Assembly: GCF_026571515.1 (NCBI RefSeq)
Contig: NW_026852957.1
Coordinates: 62,001-126,000, forward strand
DNA from: Ruditapes philippinarum
Lineage: Eukaryota
Direction: 5' to 3'
Length of the DNA: 64,000 bases
A program made the translations under genes and the position numbers. Numbering within the stretch: position 1 is the stretch's first letter; each line of letters begins with the position of its first letter. Below, piece after piece: positions 36,188 to 49,885 of this stretch. The notes beneath the pieces are model-generated. The model had not been told where the DNA came from, did no database searches, and saw only the letters and a program-made list of their open reading frames with translations.

Positions 36188-38149
36188 TTATTTCAACCAT
36201 GGATCAATATTACTTTGTCTTAAGCTGAAAGTTGATGGCTTATCCAACATGTTTTAGTCCAGCTGAAAACATAAAAAATCTGCAGATTCCCGTAATCCGA
36301 CATACAGTTTTAAATTCGGGTGATCGAATAATATTGCAAACGGAAATTGTTGCAAACCCGTCACAACTGGTTCAAAAGAAGTGAAGTCTTTCGAAAGTAA
36401 CTTTATTGATTTTGAAGAAGTTTCCGCAATCAAAGCATGTCCATCCGCGTCAAAGCAAACTGATGCATAGTTAGTCCCTGATGCCATTGTAGTATTAAGC
36501 TTTTTGATGTTGAAACTATCTTCTTTTAAGTAATTAAGATGAATCAAATTGTTGACATCTGTTATAAGTGCAGTAGTCATGCCAGGAAGGAATGGTATTT
36601 TACAAGGAAAGCCAACAATTGCTTTTCCAAATGAGTCATTCGTTACTGTTTACAAAATATTTCCCTCAGTATCAAACATTCTAATGTGACCCGGCCCTTC
36701 TTTCTCATCCTGTCCTCCACATGCCACAAATAACTTTTTATTACTGTATGCTATTCCACGACAGCATTCTCCTGTTTCAAAAGACGATCTTTCCTTTAAG
36801 CGGTCCGGCATATTTCTATGGAACTCTATAATACTGACTTTCCGACAGTGTGTGATTGTTACAGCAAACGCTCCATCTTCTAGTTTACAGATGCCAAATG
36901 GGTTTGACGATATTTGGCGTGTGCTAAACACTACTGCCTTGTTTGTTTCAATAACTTTGACGCAGTAATTGATCCAGTCTGTTATCAGAATCTTGTTATC
37001 CCCTGCCTCACAAATGTCAAACACAGTTGCTACCTTCTCTTGCCTTTGTATGATATTTATGCGTCTAGACTCCGAACTTGTGTAAGTTCTTTTATCACTG
37101 TCAAAAAATCCGAATCTTTGAAAAGCGGCCAAATTCTTATCGTACTGTTTATCTCTCTCATTTCCGATTTTATGTGATACAGGTTTAGACGGCGCAGCTA
37201 TAATTGCTTTCTGAACTGCTTGTATTTGCTGTTCTGCCTTTTTCATTTGAATAAATTTGTATTCAAGACAGATGTTTTTTCTTTTTTGAAGCAACGTTAA
37301 AGTTGTGTTTAAGCCCTTTATTATCCTTGAATAATTTTCTATATCGGCCAAAACTTCGTCCTTTTCTTTCTTGTATTTGTTTTCAACCTTCTTGTTTTCT
37401 GCCTCAAGAGAACGTAATAATCCTTGAAAGGTGTCTTCAGTGTCTACTTTGTTCTGCTCTAACACTTGCAATGAATCGTTTCTATCTTCATCTAGGTTTG
37501 CGATATCTACATTCCTTTTCTCAATTGCATCGTTTCATTTACTTTGTGTTTCTGCTATCTTTTCTTCTATTGACTGTGTGTTCGTTGTTTCAGCTGTGCT
37601 TGCAATGGCAACTATGCTGTCACATTTGTTGTGCTCAGTTGCTTTCGTTCATATGAATAGGGCATTCCTCTTCTCTTCTTATCATCAACTCATCTCCACA
37701 GTTATTAAGTACATCTTTAGGTACAAGTTTATGCTTTTTGGTAGGTTTAACCATTCTATGTATTTCTACACATTTTTCACACAAATAATCTTCACACTCG
37801 ACACAGTATAACAATGAGTCAATATTTCTATCATTCTCTAAACATGGCTGACAAGGATTGCTAAATTCTTTTACAGAGCCGACATAACCTCCACTCGCAC
37901 CACAAGATTCTGTCTCTGTACTATTCATCCCATCATTGCCAGTGATATCTGAGTCTCCCATTGATTTTGAGGAAGATTATTCAGTTAGTTCAGGAGTATC
38001 TTTAATCTCAGTATCATTGTTAAATGTTGCAGAATTTGAACACGAACTTGCCGCTCTGCCCTGCTCTGTATTTCCAATTATGTTTAAATTTCCTTCATTA
38101 TTTTCTATCTGTTCTAAATCGGTCCCCCCCCCGTTACTTCATCCGACAT
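36188..38149 (-). pseudogene. TRIM-like subfamily 2, copy A (multiple lesions)
   Basis: ATG 38149; -1 in the C-run near 38125; TAA near 37977; net 53-nt deletion in B-box2 near 37647; AAA>TAA at 36650 and 36254; ancestral end IDPWLK* at 36188. Confidence 0.85.
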
Positions 38150-40720
38150 TCTATAGCGGAAGTCGAAAAACAGCAATATTTTAATTCACAACTTTAGTGA
38201 TAACATTGCATTTTATCCATTTGTTATAGCAAACTGAATCAATGCTAAAACGTTGCCTAAAGCTTATGCTAAGTCTCGGTCATTCTTTATAACAATTATC
38301 GTATATCCCAGCTTTTATCTTTCTCGATATTGTTAATAATTCCCAAACAAATGTAGTTTTCTATTTCCATATTCTTATCCGACATCTTATCACATACATG
38401 AACATATCTTATCAATGCAACTGAAATAAATTGACATAGAATGTAATTTATATGATACTACAGGTTTGTAGTTTCAATTTACGTCTCCTGAAAACGACTA
38501 TAGTGGTCTTAGTTTGTCAAAATATACAATTTATTTAACAGTTAGTAAAGTTGCAAAAGATAATGCATACTGAACAGTCAATGAAAACTTTTTCAAATTT
38601 TGAAATGCTATACCTTTTCGCCGTGTTTTTTTACATACTGTAAACTTATCATGATGGATGCATCCATTTTATCTTCCGCTTTGGTATTTGTATCAATTTA
38701 CCATTTAGTTTCGCTTATCGTTTTCTGAAAATATAAGGAGATCTGTTATCGAATGTCTGACTGAAAAAAGTCACTAGTTAGAATATGTATACATGAACTT
38801 TGGTGAAATATTTCATCAGTATTTGAAACACATAGACATATTTCTTTCCTGTAAACCCCTACGAGATAAATGATGATTTTGTAACTATACACATAATTTG
38901 GCATCACCTCTATTTTGTTTTGTTTTTTTACAATTATTTTATGGTGAAGGGATTATACATGTATATACACCTGGCTTATGTGGTGACCGATATAATTGGA
39001 TATTCACATGACTGTGTCTTTATGCAATAACTGTTTTATTGTACAACCAAATACAAATTTTATTTGGTGCATCGTTTTTTGTTTATATCTTTTTGACATT
39101 CGATTGCATTTTAAAGCGGGTAAATATTCATATAAAAACGCAGCAAAACGTTTTTAGTTTATACTCATATTTTGACAGTAAAGCAAGCGTTGTCTGATTC
39201 TGTAAGTAACATATGATGTTTGTTTTATGTCACGTTGTTCAATACGATATTGATAGTTGAAATGATGTTTCTGATTCAAAATTTTCCCATTTCATGTTTA
39301 TATGTTGAATTATGTATAAGCCAGTGATAGGGGGCGTGGACGGTAACTTTCGCTTTTCAGTACCGTCCTTGAACAGACTCATCAAACTGCAACATTTTCA
39401 ATTTTGTCATGTAAGAGTTTCTTTAGAAAATTTGTTTTTCTCTATTTGATTGGCCGGTTTTCATTGTTCTGATGTTATAAAGTGCACGTAGTTTGTTTTG
39501 ATCAATACCCTCAACTGAATATCACTTTCTATTTCCGTCAATCGCAATAAGGGGATATAGGTAGTCATATAATAATGTTTTTTATATAGGTATGCACTCT
39601 ACCAGTACAAAACATAATTTTTTTTTTTAAAATCAAGTGTTTTATTAATTTCATTTCAACTATCAATATTGATTCAAAGCTTTAGCAACAGTCATGAAGA
39701 GCACGAGAGAAATTTATAAGCGTCACTCTATTTTATCATAAACAAACATACAAAATTTGTCTACATGTCACACAACCATTTATTATTTACGTTTACAGTG
39801 TGACAGCATTTAAAGAATGCTATTTCTTAGTCATATGCAAGTATCATCTATGTATAGGTTGAATTAAACTTAAGTACTTGACATTTTTCGACAGTACCTT
39901 GCCAAAACAATCATTTTCATTGGTCTTTAAAATAGAATCAAATAGTAACCAACTGTTCAACATTTGTGAAATGTTACTTTCACACAATGCTCCTTTACAT
40001 GATAGGAATATGAAGACAATCAAGTACCTTTAGCTTAATGTCAACATTTATTATGTAAAAATAATATTATACATGTACTAACAATCTGTTTCAAGTACTT
40101 CCTTGTTATAATTGCGCAATGCGTAGTACAAAAAATGTTACATTTTTTAAAAATCAAATTCGTGTCGGTATTTAAACATTTTATTGTCAGAGGTGTAGAA
40201 AATTATCATATCTTCTTTATCGATTTTTAATATAAATTGCTGCAACAAAACCAACGAATAAAGTCAAATCAAGATTTGTTTCTAAACTATTGTCTTGTAG
40301 CTTGAAAACAACACCATTCTATATAATCTGAACTATTTTATGATTCTTTTTATGGACCAGTATCTTTATCTTCATCTATTAATTACAGCCACGATGATAA
40401 ATTCCAAAATGTACATTATATATGTGTTGTTTGTGTAGTTAAGTTCCGCATTGAAAAAAAATATGAATTCAATTTTGGTAATTAAGTTTTATTGTATAAC
40501 AAACATGTCTTTATCAAAACAATGTCTAAGAGAACTGTTTATATTTCAAAATATACGTTGTCAGAAAGCTTATATATTAGTGAATACATATGAATAACTA
40601 CACAAAGAGGTTAATATAAATAATTTCAAATAAAAAATCATTTTCATTCATATCTATAAATCATAATTATAATGATCAACTTAGTCGGTCACAAATAAAT
40701 GTTATCCATAAAACTTTTAT
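38150..40720. repeat. Homologous intergenic spacer, also at about 45180-47750 and 49886-51900
   Basis: Near-identical to 49886 onward; shared blocks such as gtggacggtaactttcgcttttcagtaccgtccttgaacag in all three. Confidence 0.9.
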
Positions 40721-41167
40721 GATAAAGAAATGCAGCTGAATGTGTAATGTCTATGATCATTTAATAGAAATAAAGTGCATGCATATGTTAGACTGGCGTG
40801 TTTTGATAAAATTAGTCCGCTTGTGATTAGAGAATTTATTTCACATAATCAATACCACTTGAATGAAATCGAAAGGCAATAATAAGAAATGTTCACACTA
40901 TTGATTATATTATTTTTACCTAGTAGAATCATTTTATAATTCATTATTTTACGCAAGGACGTATCAACTATATTGTACAATTTAGTAAGCAGTTTGATCA
41001 AGTAAAACAGTTAACAATGTTGAACCTTTTTTCTTTATCTTTGTCCTTTTCTTTCATAAAATGAACCAGGATCTCTAAACTTATCATAGTGCCTTATTTT
41101 AACGCAACAAAAAACATAAAAGGATTACGGTTAAGGCAGTCTGTAGTGCTGTAGTGTGTAGGCATTA

Positions 41168-41565
41168 AGTTTCACACCATGAGCAAGAGCTCCAAGTTTA
41201 AAATCGTATCTTAGTTTCACTTCTTCGTGAGGAAGTAGTCAAAATATCACACCGTGAGCAAGATAACTCTTGAGAAGCAAGTCTTAGTTGCACACCATGA
41301 GTTAGTAGTCATAATTTCACACAGTGAGTAAAGAGTCATAGTTTCACACAGTGAGCAAATAGTCTTAGTTTCAAATCGTCAGCAAGAAGTCTTAGTTTCA
41401 CACTGTGAGCAAAAATTTAGTTTCACTTCGTGAGCAAGTAGTCAAAGTTCCAAACCGTAAGCAAGAAGTCTGAGTTTCACACCGTGAGAAAAACGTTTTA
41501 ATTTCACTTCGTGAGCAAGAACCGTGAGCAAGTAGTGAGTACGTTGTCCACGTTTTACACCGTGA
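41168..41565. repeat. Degenerate minisatellite with a unit of about 29 bp
   Basis: Recurrent agtttcacaccgtgagcaag.agtc units. Confidence 0.85.
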
Positions 41566-42737
41566 ACCTGACAGATACAGACGATCAAAATCCCGATTGA
41601 GTCATTGTTATGCATTTGGCATTGCACTATTGCCATTCTTTATGTCAGGAATCTTCAGCTTTATAAGAAAATCATGTCGTTAAACCGATGTCGTACTTTA
41701 GACACACTCACTCCTAATCATATGAGCTATCCCATGTACGACATATACCTTCCTTAATCAAAACATTCTTGACATGTTTTGTCATCGGATAGAATGGCTT
41801 AAATAGAGAGAAGCTGAAAATCTTCTTTTTAAAAAAAAAAAACCTTTCTGTTGGAGCATATTTTATTATAAAGTCACGTGGTAGGGACACACTGTAGTCA
41901 TGGTTTATTAACGTATAAGGTTGATCGATCTGAAATAAAATCGTACTCTTACGTTTTCCTATGCCTTTTTGCAACAATTTTAATAGTGGCGCAAACCAAG
42001 TCGCTGCCCGCGAAGACGAAACAGGCCTAATTTCATTGTACATAAATATCGCTCTACATGCAACTGATATTGATTGTCTGACCAATTGGAATTTCTCGGC
42101 TATTATATTCATTAAAACCTCGGACCACGTATCACAAGTATATGAATAATGTACTGTTTACTTTTATATCTTTTTACTTTATTTAGGTTGACATTCACTC
42201 AATATATTGGAATGAATTTACTTAACAAGTCCTAGCATTAAATTATTATTTGTTTATATGTTTTGTAGGTTAAACGGAAATACAGTATCCCTTCTGCGTA
42301 TTCTTACTATTGTGTTCGTGGTCCTTATCCGAAGTTTGACGGAAAGAACCGAAAAGATGCGATTGCTTTTATGTTTAATTCACCATTACTAACTCCTTGA
42401 ATGGTTTACATAAGTATACATCTTAACAGCATTTGTTTCTGCAGCCGTTTTTATTTCCATGCATTATTTAATTATGGCTTTGATTGCAATATTCTGCAAA
42501 AACTTCTTTATCATTTGCGCCTTTCAAGACAAACATGATAAAATGTTTAAGGAAATAAATAATGTGTATAATTATGATGTGGTTATTTCCCCTTGAATGT
42601 GGATCATATTATCGTTCGGCAACCGTCCAGGTTTTACTTGGGCACATTTGATAATTCATTACTTCCAACTGTGCAATGATCTCGCAATTATCTATCATTT
42701 TGTGGACATAGACAATAATAAAATGTAACCAATATTT

Positions 42738-42926
42738 GAACATAATTTCATTGATACATATATGGAACATAATTTTATTGATACATATATGGAACATAAT
42801 TTTATTGATACATATATGGAGCATAATTTTATTGATACATATATGGAGCATAATTTTATTGATACATATATGGAGCATAATTTTATTGATACATATATGG
42901 AGCATAATTTTATTGATACATATATG
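42738..42926. repeat. Seven near-perfect 27-bp tandem repeats
   Basis: Unit ga(a/g)cataattttattgatacatatatg. Confidence 0.97.
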
Positions 42927-43178
42927 GAGAAAAAGACCTGTTTAAGCCTTTTAAGTTTAATGTATACGAAGAGGGGAAAAGCAACAACACAAAACCCTTC
43001 ATAAAAATTACATCTATAGCTCAAAGGTTTCAGACATACCGTTCATACAATTACTATTTTTTTCACCATGAATAAATCATTCATTACACCTCAATGTGTT
43101 ACTAGTTATCATAAATATTTTTTGTTGTTTTGTTTCAAATGTTACAATGATGTGCAACTGTTGGTCTATAGCTGTCCT

Positions 43179-45179
43179 CTAATCAAACATTGGTGGCTTT
43201 TCCCACTTATTCTCTACGAGCTGAAAGCATAACAATTCTGTTGATTCATATAACCCAACATATAGTTTTAGATTCGAATGATCAAACCATATTGCACGAG
43301 AAAGATTTTTTAAGCCTGTTACGATTGGTTCGAAGTGAGTGTAATCTTTTGACAGTAATTTGACAGATCTTGAAGTAGTATCAGCAATTATAACATGATC
43401 TGTTTTGTCAGGACAAAGCGATGCGTATCTGCATTTTGCAGACATTGTTGCATTAAGTTTTCTTATTCCAGTTATTTTGTCTTCGCAGAAATCAAGCTGT
43501 ATCAAATTATTATGATCCGTTACAATCGCTGTGGTACCGCCAGGAAGAAACTTTATTTTACAGGGAAAGTCAAATATTGCTTTTCCAAATGAGTCATTTG
43601 TTATTGTTTTCAATACTCTGCCTTCAATATCAAACATTTTTATATGGCCTGGACCTTCTTTTTCACCGTCGCCTCCACATGCAACAAATAACCTTTCATT
43701 ACTAAATGAAATTCCACGACAGTGTTCCCCTGTTTCAAAGGACGATATAACAATTAATTGTTCCTGTAAGTTTTTCCGGACTTCTATGAGACGCACTCTT
43801 TGACAATAAGTGATTGTTACAGCAAACATCCCTTCTTGTAACTTAGATATTCCAAATGGGCTGTCCTGCGATTAAAGCATGCATATGACAGTTCCTCTTC
43901 TTGTGTTGATTAGCTTTATACAACGATTATACCAATCTGTAATTAGGAATTGGTCTGTTTTCACTTCACAAATGTCAAATACAGTCGCAATTGTTTCTTT
44001 TCCTTGTATTACACTAAAGCTCCTAGGCTCGGAGCACGTATAAGTTCTTTTATCACTGTCAAAAATTCCGAATCTCTCAAAAGCGGTCAAATACACACTG
44101 TACTGTTTGTCTCTCTCATACCCTATCGGGGTAGAAAGAGGTTTGGTCTGCACATCTAAGATTGTTTTCTGTACTGACTGTATTTGCATGTATGCTTTCT
44201 TCATCTGGATAAATTTGTATTCAACACAAATGTTTTCCTTCCGTAGCCACGTCAGAGTTGTATTTAAGCATTTGATGATCCGTAAACAATTTTCAATATC
44301 AGCGGAAATCTGCTTCTTTTCTCTCATGTATATATTTTCAACCTTCTGGTTTTCTTTCTCCAAAGAACGTAATAATCGTTGAAAGGTATCAACGGTGTCT
44401 ACTTTGATCTGCTCTAACACTTGCAAGGAATCTTTTCTATCTCCATCTAGGTTTGTGATATCTACATTCTTTTTCTCAATTGCATCGTTTAATTTACTTT
44501 GCGTTTCTGCTATCTTTTCTTCTATTGATTGCATGTTTGTTGTTTCAGCTACACTTGCAATGGCAACTATACTTTCACATTTGTTATGTTCAGTTGCTTT
44601 ACATATATTGCAGCATAGCTTATCATCTGAAATACAAAACCATTTAATAGCTTCTTTCATATGAATAGGACACTCCTCTTCTCTGTTTATCATCAACTCA
44701 TCTCCACAGTTATTTAGTACATCTTTAGGTACAAGTTTATGCTTTTTGGTAGGTTTAACCATTCTATGCATTTCCACACATTTTTCACACAAATAATCTT
44801 CACACTCGACACAGTATAACAACGAGTCAATATTTCTATCATTCTCTAAACATGGCTGACAAGGATTATTAGATTCTTCTTCAGAGCCAACATAACCTCC
44901 ACTCGCACCATAAGATTCTGTCTTAGTACTTTCATTCATCCCATCATTGCCAGTGATATATAAGTCTTCCATTGATTTCGCGGAAGATTCTTCAGTTAAT
45001 TCAGGATTATCTTTAATCTCAGTATCACAGTTTAATTTATCAAAATTTGAACACGAACTTGTCACTCTGCCCTGCTCTATATTTTCAATTATGTTTAAAT
45101 TCCCTTCATTGCTCGGTGTTTCAGTTTTATATTCTATCTGTCCTAAATCGGTTTCCTTGTCCGTTACTTCATCCGACAT
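43179..45179 (-). pseudogene. TRIM-like subfamily 2, copy B: 666-aa frame with one in-frame TAA after residue 435 (pseudogene or truncated allele)
   Basis: ORFs 43872-45206 and 43179-43829 are in the same frame, separated only by TAA at 43872-43874 (ICML*SQDSPFG); both B-boxes intact. Confidence 0.8.
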
Positions 45180-47934
45180 TCTATAGCTAAAGTCGAAAAA
45201 CAGCAATATTTTTTATTCACAAATTTAGTGATTACCTTGCATGTTATCCATTTTCATAGCAAACTGAATCAATGCTTAAAAGTTGCCTAAAGATTATGCT
45301 AAATCTAGGTCATTCATTATTAAAATAATCGTATATCCCAGCTTTTATTTTTCTCGATATTGTTAAATAATTCACAAACAATCCATATTCTAATCCGACA
45401 TCTAATCACATACATAGATCTATGTTATCAATGCGAGTGAAATACATTGGCTGAGATTGTAATTAATATGATACTACAGGTCTTTGTTTGACAAAAATAT
45501 GCATTGTATTTAATAGTTAGTAAAAATAAAAAAGAAATTAACAAAAGTATTATGTTCATTCAATTTTATTTTTTGTCTGAAATACTCGCTATGATATATA
45601 TATCTTCTTAATTCTAGGCCAGTGTTTGCGGAAGATAATGCATACTGAATAGTCCATGAAAACTTTTTCAAATTTTGAAATGCTATACCTTTTCGACGTT
45701 TTTTTTTTTTTGCATACGATGAACGCATCCATTTTATCTTCCGCTTATGTATTTGTATTAATTTACCATTTATCTATAGTACTTTTGTTTCGCTTTTTGT
45801 TTTCTGAAAACATAATGAGTCAGATTTATTTATATGTTAATGTAAACAGTCCCTAGTTAGAATATGTATACAATAATGTACTTTGGTGAAATATTTTATC
45901 AGTATTTGAAACACATAGAACTATTTCTTTTCTGTAAACCCCTGTGAGATAAATGATCATTTTGTGACTATACACATAATTTGGCATCACCTCTATTTTG
46001 TATTATTTTTTTACAATTATTTAATGGTGAAGTGATTATACAAGAATATACACCTGGCTTATGTCGTGACCGATATAATTGGATATTCACATGTGTCTTT
46101 TTGTGATAACTGTTTTATTGTATAACCAAATACAAATTATATTTGGTACATTGGTTATATCTTTTTGACATTCGATTGTATTTTAAAGCAGGTAAATGTT
46201 CATATAAAAACGTAGCAAAATGTTTTTAGTTTATACTCATATTTTTTACATTAAAACAAACGTTGTCTGAATCTGTAAATAACATATGATGTTTGTTTTA
46301 CTTCACGTTGTTTAATACGATATTGATAGTTGAAATGATGTTTCTAAATTCAAAATTTTTCCATTTCATGTTGATATGTTGAATTATGCTTAAGCCGGTG
46401 CTAGGGTGCGTGGACGGTAACTTTCGCTTTTCAGTACCGTCCTTGAACAGGCTCATCAAACCGAGCCTGCAACATTTTCAATTTTGTCATTTAAGAATTT
46501 CTTTTTCTCTATTTGATTGGCCGGCTATTGGTTTTCATTGTTTTGACGTTCTAAAGTACACGTACTTTGTTTTGATCAATACCCTCAGGTGAATATTAAT
46601 TTCTATTTCCGTCAATCGCAATACGGGGATATTGGAAGTCATATAATAATGTTATTAATATTGGTATGCACTCTACCGGTACAAAACATACAAAAAATAA
46701 ACAAATCAAGTGTTTTATTAATTTCATTTCAACTATCAATATTGATTCAAAGCTTTAGCAACAGTCAAGAAGAACACGAGAGAAATTCGTAAGCGTCACT
46801 CTATTTTATCATAAACAAACATACAAAATTTGTCTACATGTCACCCAACCATTTATTATTTACGTTAACATTGTGACAGCATTTAGAGAATGCTATATCT
46901 TAGTCATATGCAAGTATCATCTATGTATGGGTTGAATTTAACTTAAGTATTTGACTTCTTTCGAAAGTATCTTGCATCAACAATCATTTTCATTGATCCT
47001 TAAAATAGAATCAAAATCAAATGTTAGTAACCAACTGTTCAACATTTGTGAAATGTTACTTTCACACAATGCTCCTTTACATGGTAGGAATACGAAGACA
47101 ATCAAGTATCTTTAGCTTAATGTCAACATTTATTATGTAACGATAATACTATATATGAACTTACAATCTGTTTCATAAGTTCTTCCTGGTTATAATTGCG
47201 CAATGCGTAGTACAAAATATGTTACGTTTTTAAACATCAAATTCACGTCGGCATTTAAATTTTTTTCAGAGATGTAGAAAATTATTATATCTTCTTATTC
47301 GAATTTGAATATAAATTGCTGCAACAAAACCAACGAATCAAGTCAAGATTTGTTTTTTAACTATTGCCTTGTAGCTTGAAAACAACAACATTCTATATTA
47401 TCTATGATCCTTTTTATGGACCAGTATCTTTATCTTCATCAGTTAACTGCAGTCACGATGACGTATAATCTATAGTCCGAATGTACATTTAACATTATAT
47501 GTGTGCTGTTTGTGTATTTTAGGTCCACATTAAAAAAATATGAATTCAATTTTGGTAATTAGGTTTAATATATAGCAATAATCTCTTTATCAAAACAATG
47601 TCTAAGATATCTGTTAGTATTTGAAAATATACGTTGTCAGAAAGTTTAGATATTTGTGAAAACATATGAATAACTACACAAAGAGATTTATTTAAACAAT
47701 TTCATTCATATAAATCATAATTATAATGGTGAAGTTGGTCTGACATGAATAAATGTTACTTTTGTATTTTTTTCAATCATAAAATGTCTATGAAACTGAC
47801 ATGCAGTTATAATTTCATTGAGCATTATATAGTATTAAATTTCATGTTTATGTTAGACCGGTGTGTTTTGATAACATCATCTCAATATCATTTCAGTTAA
47901 TGACTGTTCACTATTGATATCAACTTTATTTCAA

Positions 47935-49885
47935 TCATGGATCAATATTACTTGGTCTTAAGCTGAAAGTTGATGGCTTATCCCATATGTTTTTGTCCAG
48001 CTGAAAACATAACAAATCTTCAGATTTCCATAATCCGACATACAGTTTTAAATTCAGGTGATCGAATGATATTGCAAGCGGATATTGTTGCAAACCTGTC
48101 ACAACTGGTTCAAAAGAAGTGTAATCTTTCGAAAGTAACTTTATTGATTTTGTAGAAGTTTCCGCAATCAAAGCATGTCCATTCGCGTCAAAGCAGACTG
48201 ATGCATATTTAGTTTGTGGTGCCATTGTGGTATTAAGCTTTTTGATGTCAAACTTATCGTCTTTTGAGACATTAAGATGAATCAAATTGTTGACATCTGT
48301 TATAAGTGCAGTGGTCACGCCAGGAAGGAATGGTATTTTACAAGGAAAGCCAACAATTGCTTTTCTAAATGAGTCATTCGTTACTGTTTTCAAAATATTT
48401 CCCTCAGTATCAAACATTCTAATGTGACCCGGCCCTTCTTTCTCATCCCGTCCTCCACATGCCACAAATAACTTTTTATTACTGTATGCTATTCCACGAC
48501 AGTATTCTCCTGTTTCAAAAGACAATCTTTCCTTTAAGCGGTCCGGCATATTTCTATGGAACTCTATAATACTGACTTTCCGACAGTGTGTGATTGTTAC
48601 AGCAAACGCTCCATCTTCTAGTTTACAAATGCCAAATGGGTTTGACGATATTTGGCATGTGCTTGACACTACTGCCTTGTTTGTGTCAATAACTTTGACG
48701 CAGCAATTGATCCAGTCTGTTATCAGAATCTTGTCATCCCCTGCCTCACAAATGTCAAACACAGTTGCTACCTTCTCTTGCCTTTGTATGATATTTATGC
48801 GTCTAGACTCCGAACTTGTGTAAGTTCTTTTATCACTTTTAAAAAATCCGAATCTTTGAAAAGCGGCCAAATTCTTATCGTACTGTTTATCTCTCTCATA
48901 TCCGATTTTATGTGATACAGGTTTAGACGGCGCAGCTATAATTGCTTTCTGAACTGCTTGTATTTGCTGTTCTGCCTTTTTCATTTGAATAAATTTGTAT
49001 TCAAGACAGATGTTTTCTTTTTGAAGCAACGTTAAAGTTGTGTTTAAGCCCTTTATTATCCTTGAATAATTTTCTATATCGGCCAAAATTTCGTCCTTTT
49101 CTTTCTTGTATATGTTTTCAACCTTCTGGTTTTCTGCCTCAAGAGAACGTAATAATCGTTGAAAGGTGTCTTCAGTGTCTACTTTGATCTGCTCTAACAC
49201 TTGCAAGGAATCGTTTCTATCTTCATCTAGGTTTGTGATATCTACATTCCTTTTCTCAATTGCATCGTTTAATTTACTTTGTGTTTCTGCTATCTTTTCT
49301 TCTATTGACTGTGTGTTCGTTGTTTCAGCTGTGCTTGCAATGGCAACTATGCTGTCACATTTGTTGTGTTCATTTGCTTTCGTTCATATGAATAGGGCAT
49401 TCCTCTTCTCTTCTTATCATCAACTCATCTCCACAGTTATTAAGTACATCTTTAGGTACAAGTTTATGCTTTTTGGTAGGTTTAACCATTCTATGCATTT
49501 CTACACATTTTTCACACAAATAATCTTCACACTCGACACAGTATAACAATGAGTCAATATTTCTATCATTCTCTAAACATGGCTGACAAGGATTGCTAAA
49601 TTCTTTTACAGAGCCGACATAACCTCCACTCGCACCACAAGATTCTGTCTCTGTACTATTCATCCCATCATTGCCAGTGATATCTGAGTCTCCCATTGAT
49701 TTTGAGGAAGATTATTCAGTTAGTTCAGGAGTATCTTTAATCTCAGTATCATTGTTAAATGTTGCAGAATTTGAACACGAACTTGCCGCTCTGCCCTGCT
49801 CTGTATTTCCAATTATGTTTAAATTTCCTTCATTATTTTCTATCTTTTCTAAATCGGTTTCCCCGCCCGTTACTTCATCCGACAT
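47935..49885 (-). pseudogene. TRIM-like subfamily 2, copy C: nonsense at codon 58 plus B-box2 deletion/frameshift; coiled coil and propeller frame intact
   Basis: TAA at 49712; gcttt-cg-ttcatatg junction at 49381-49382 replaces 55 nt present in B and D; frame open from there to 47935. Confidence 0.85.

Noticed and set aside
41168-41565. CRISPR-like periodicity
   Set aside because: Units are contiguous and degenerate, with no unique spacers, no cas genes and a eukaryotic context; it is a minisatellite.
42609-43024. Four overlapping repetitive ORFs (MEHNFIDTY etc.)
   Set aside because: By-product of a 27-bp repeat whose length is a multiple of three.
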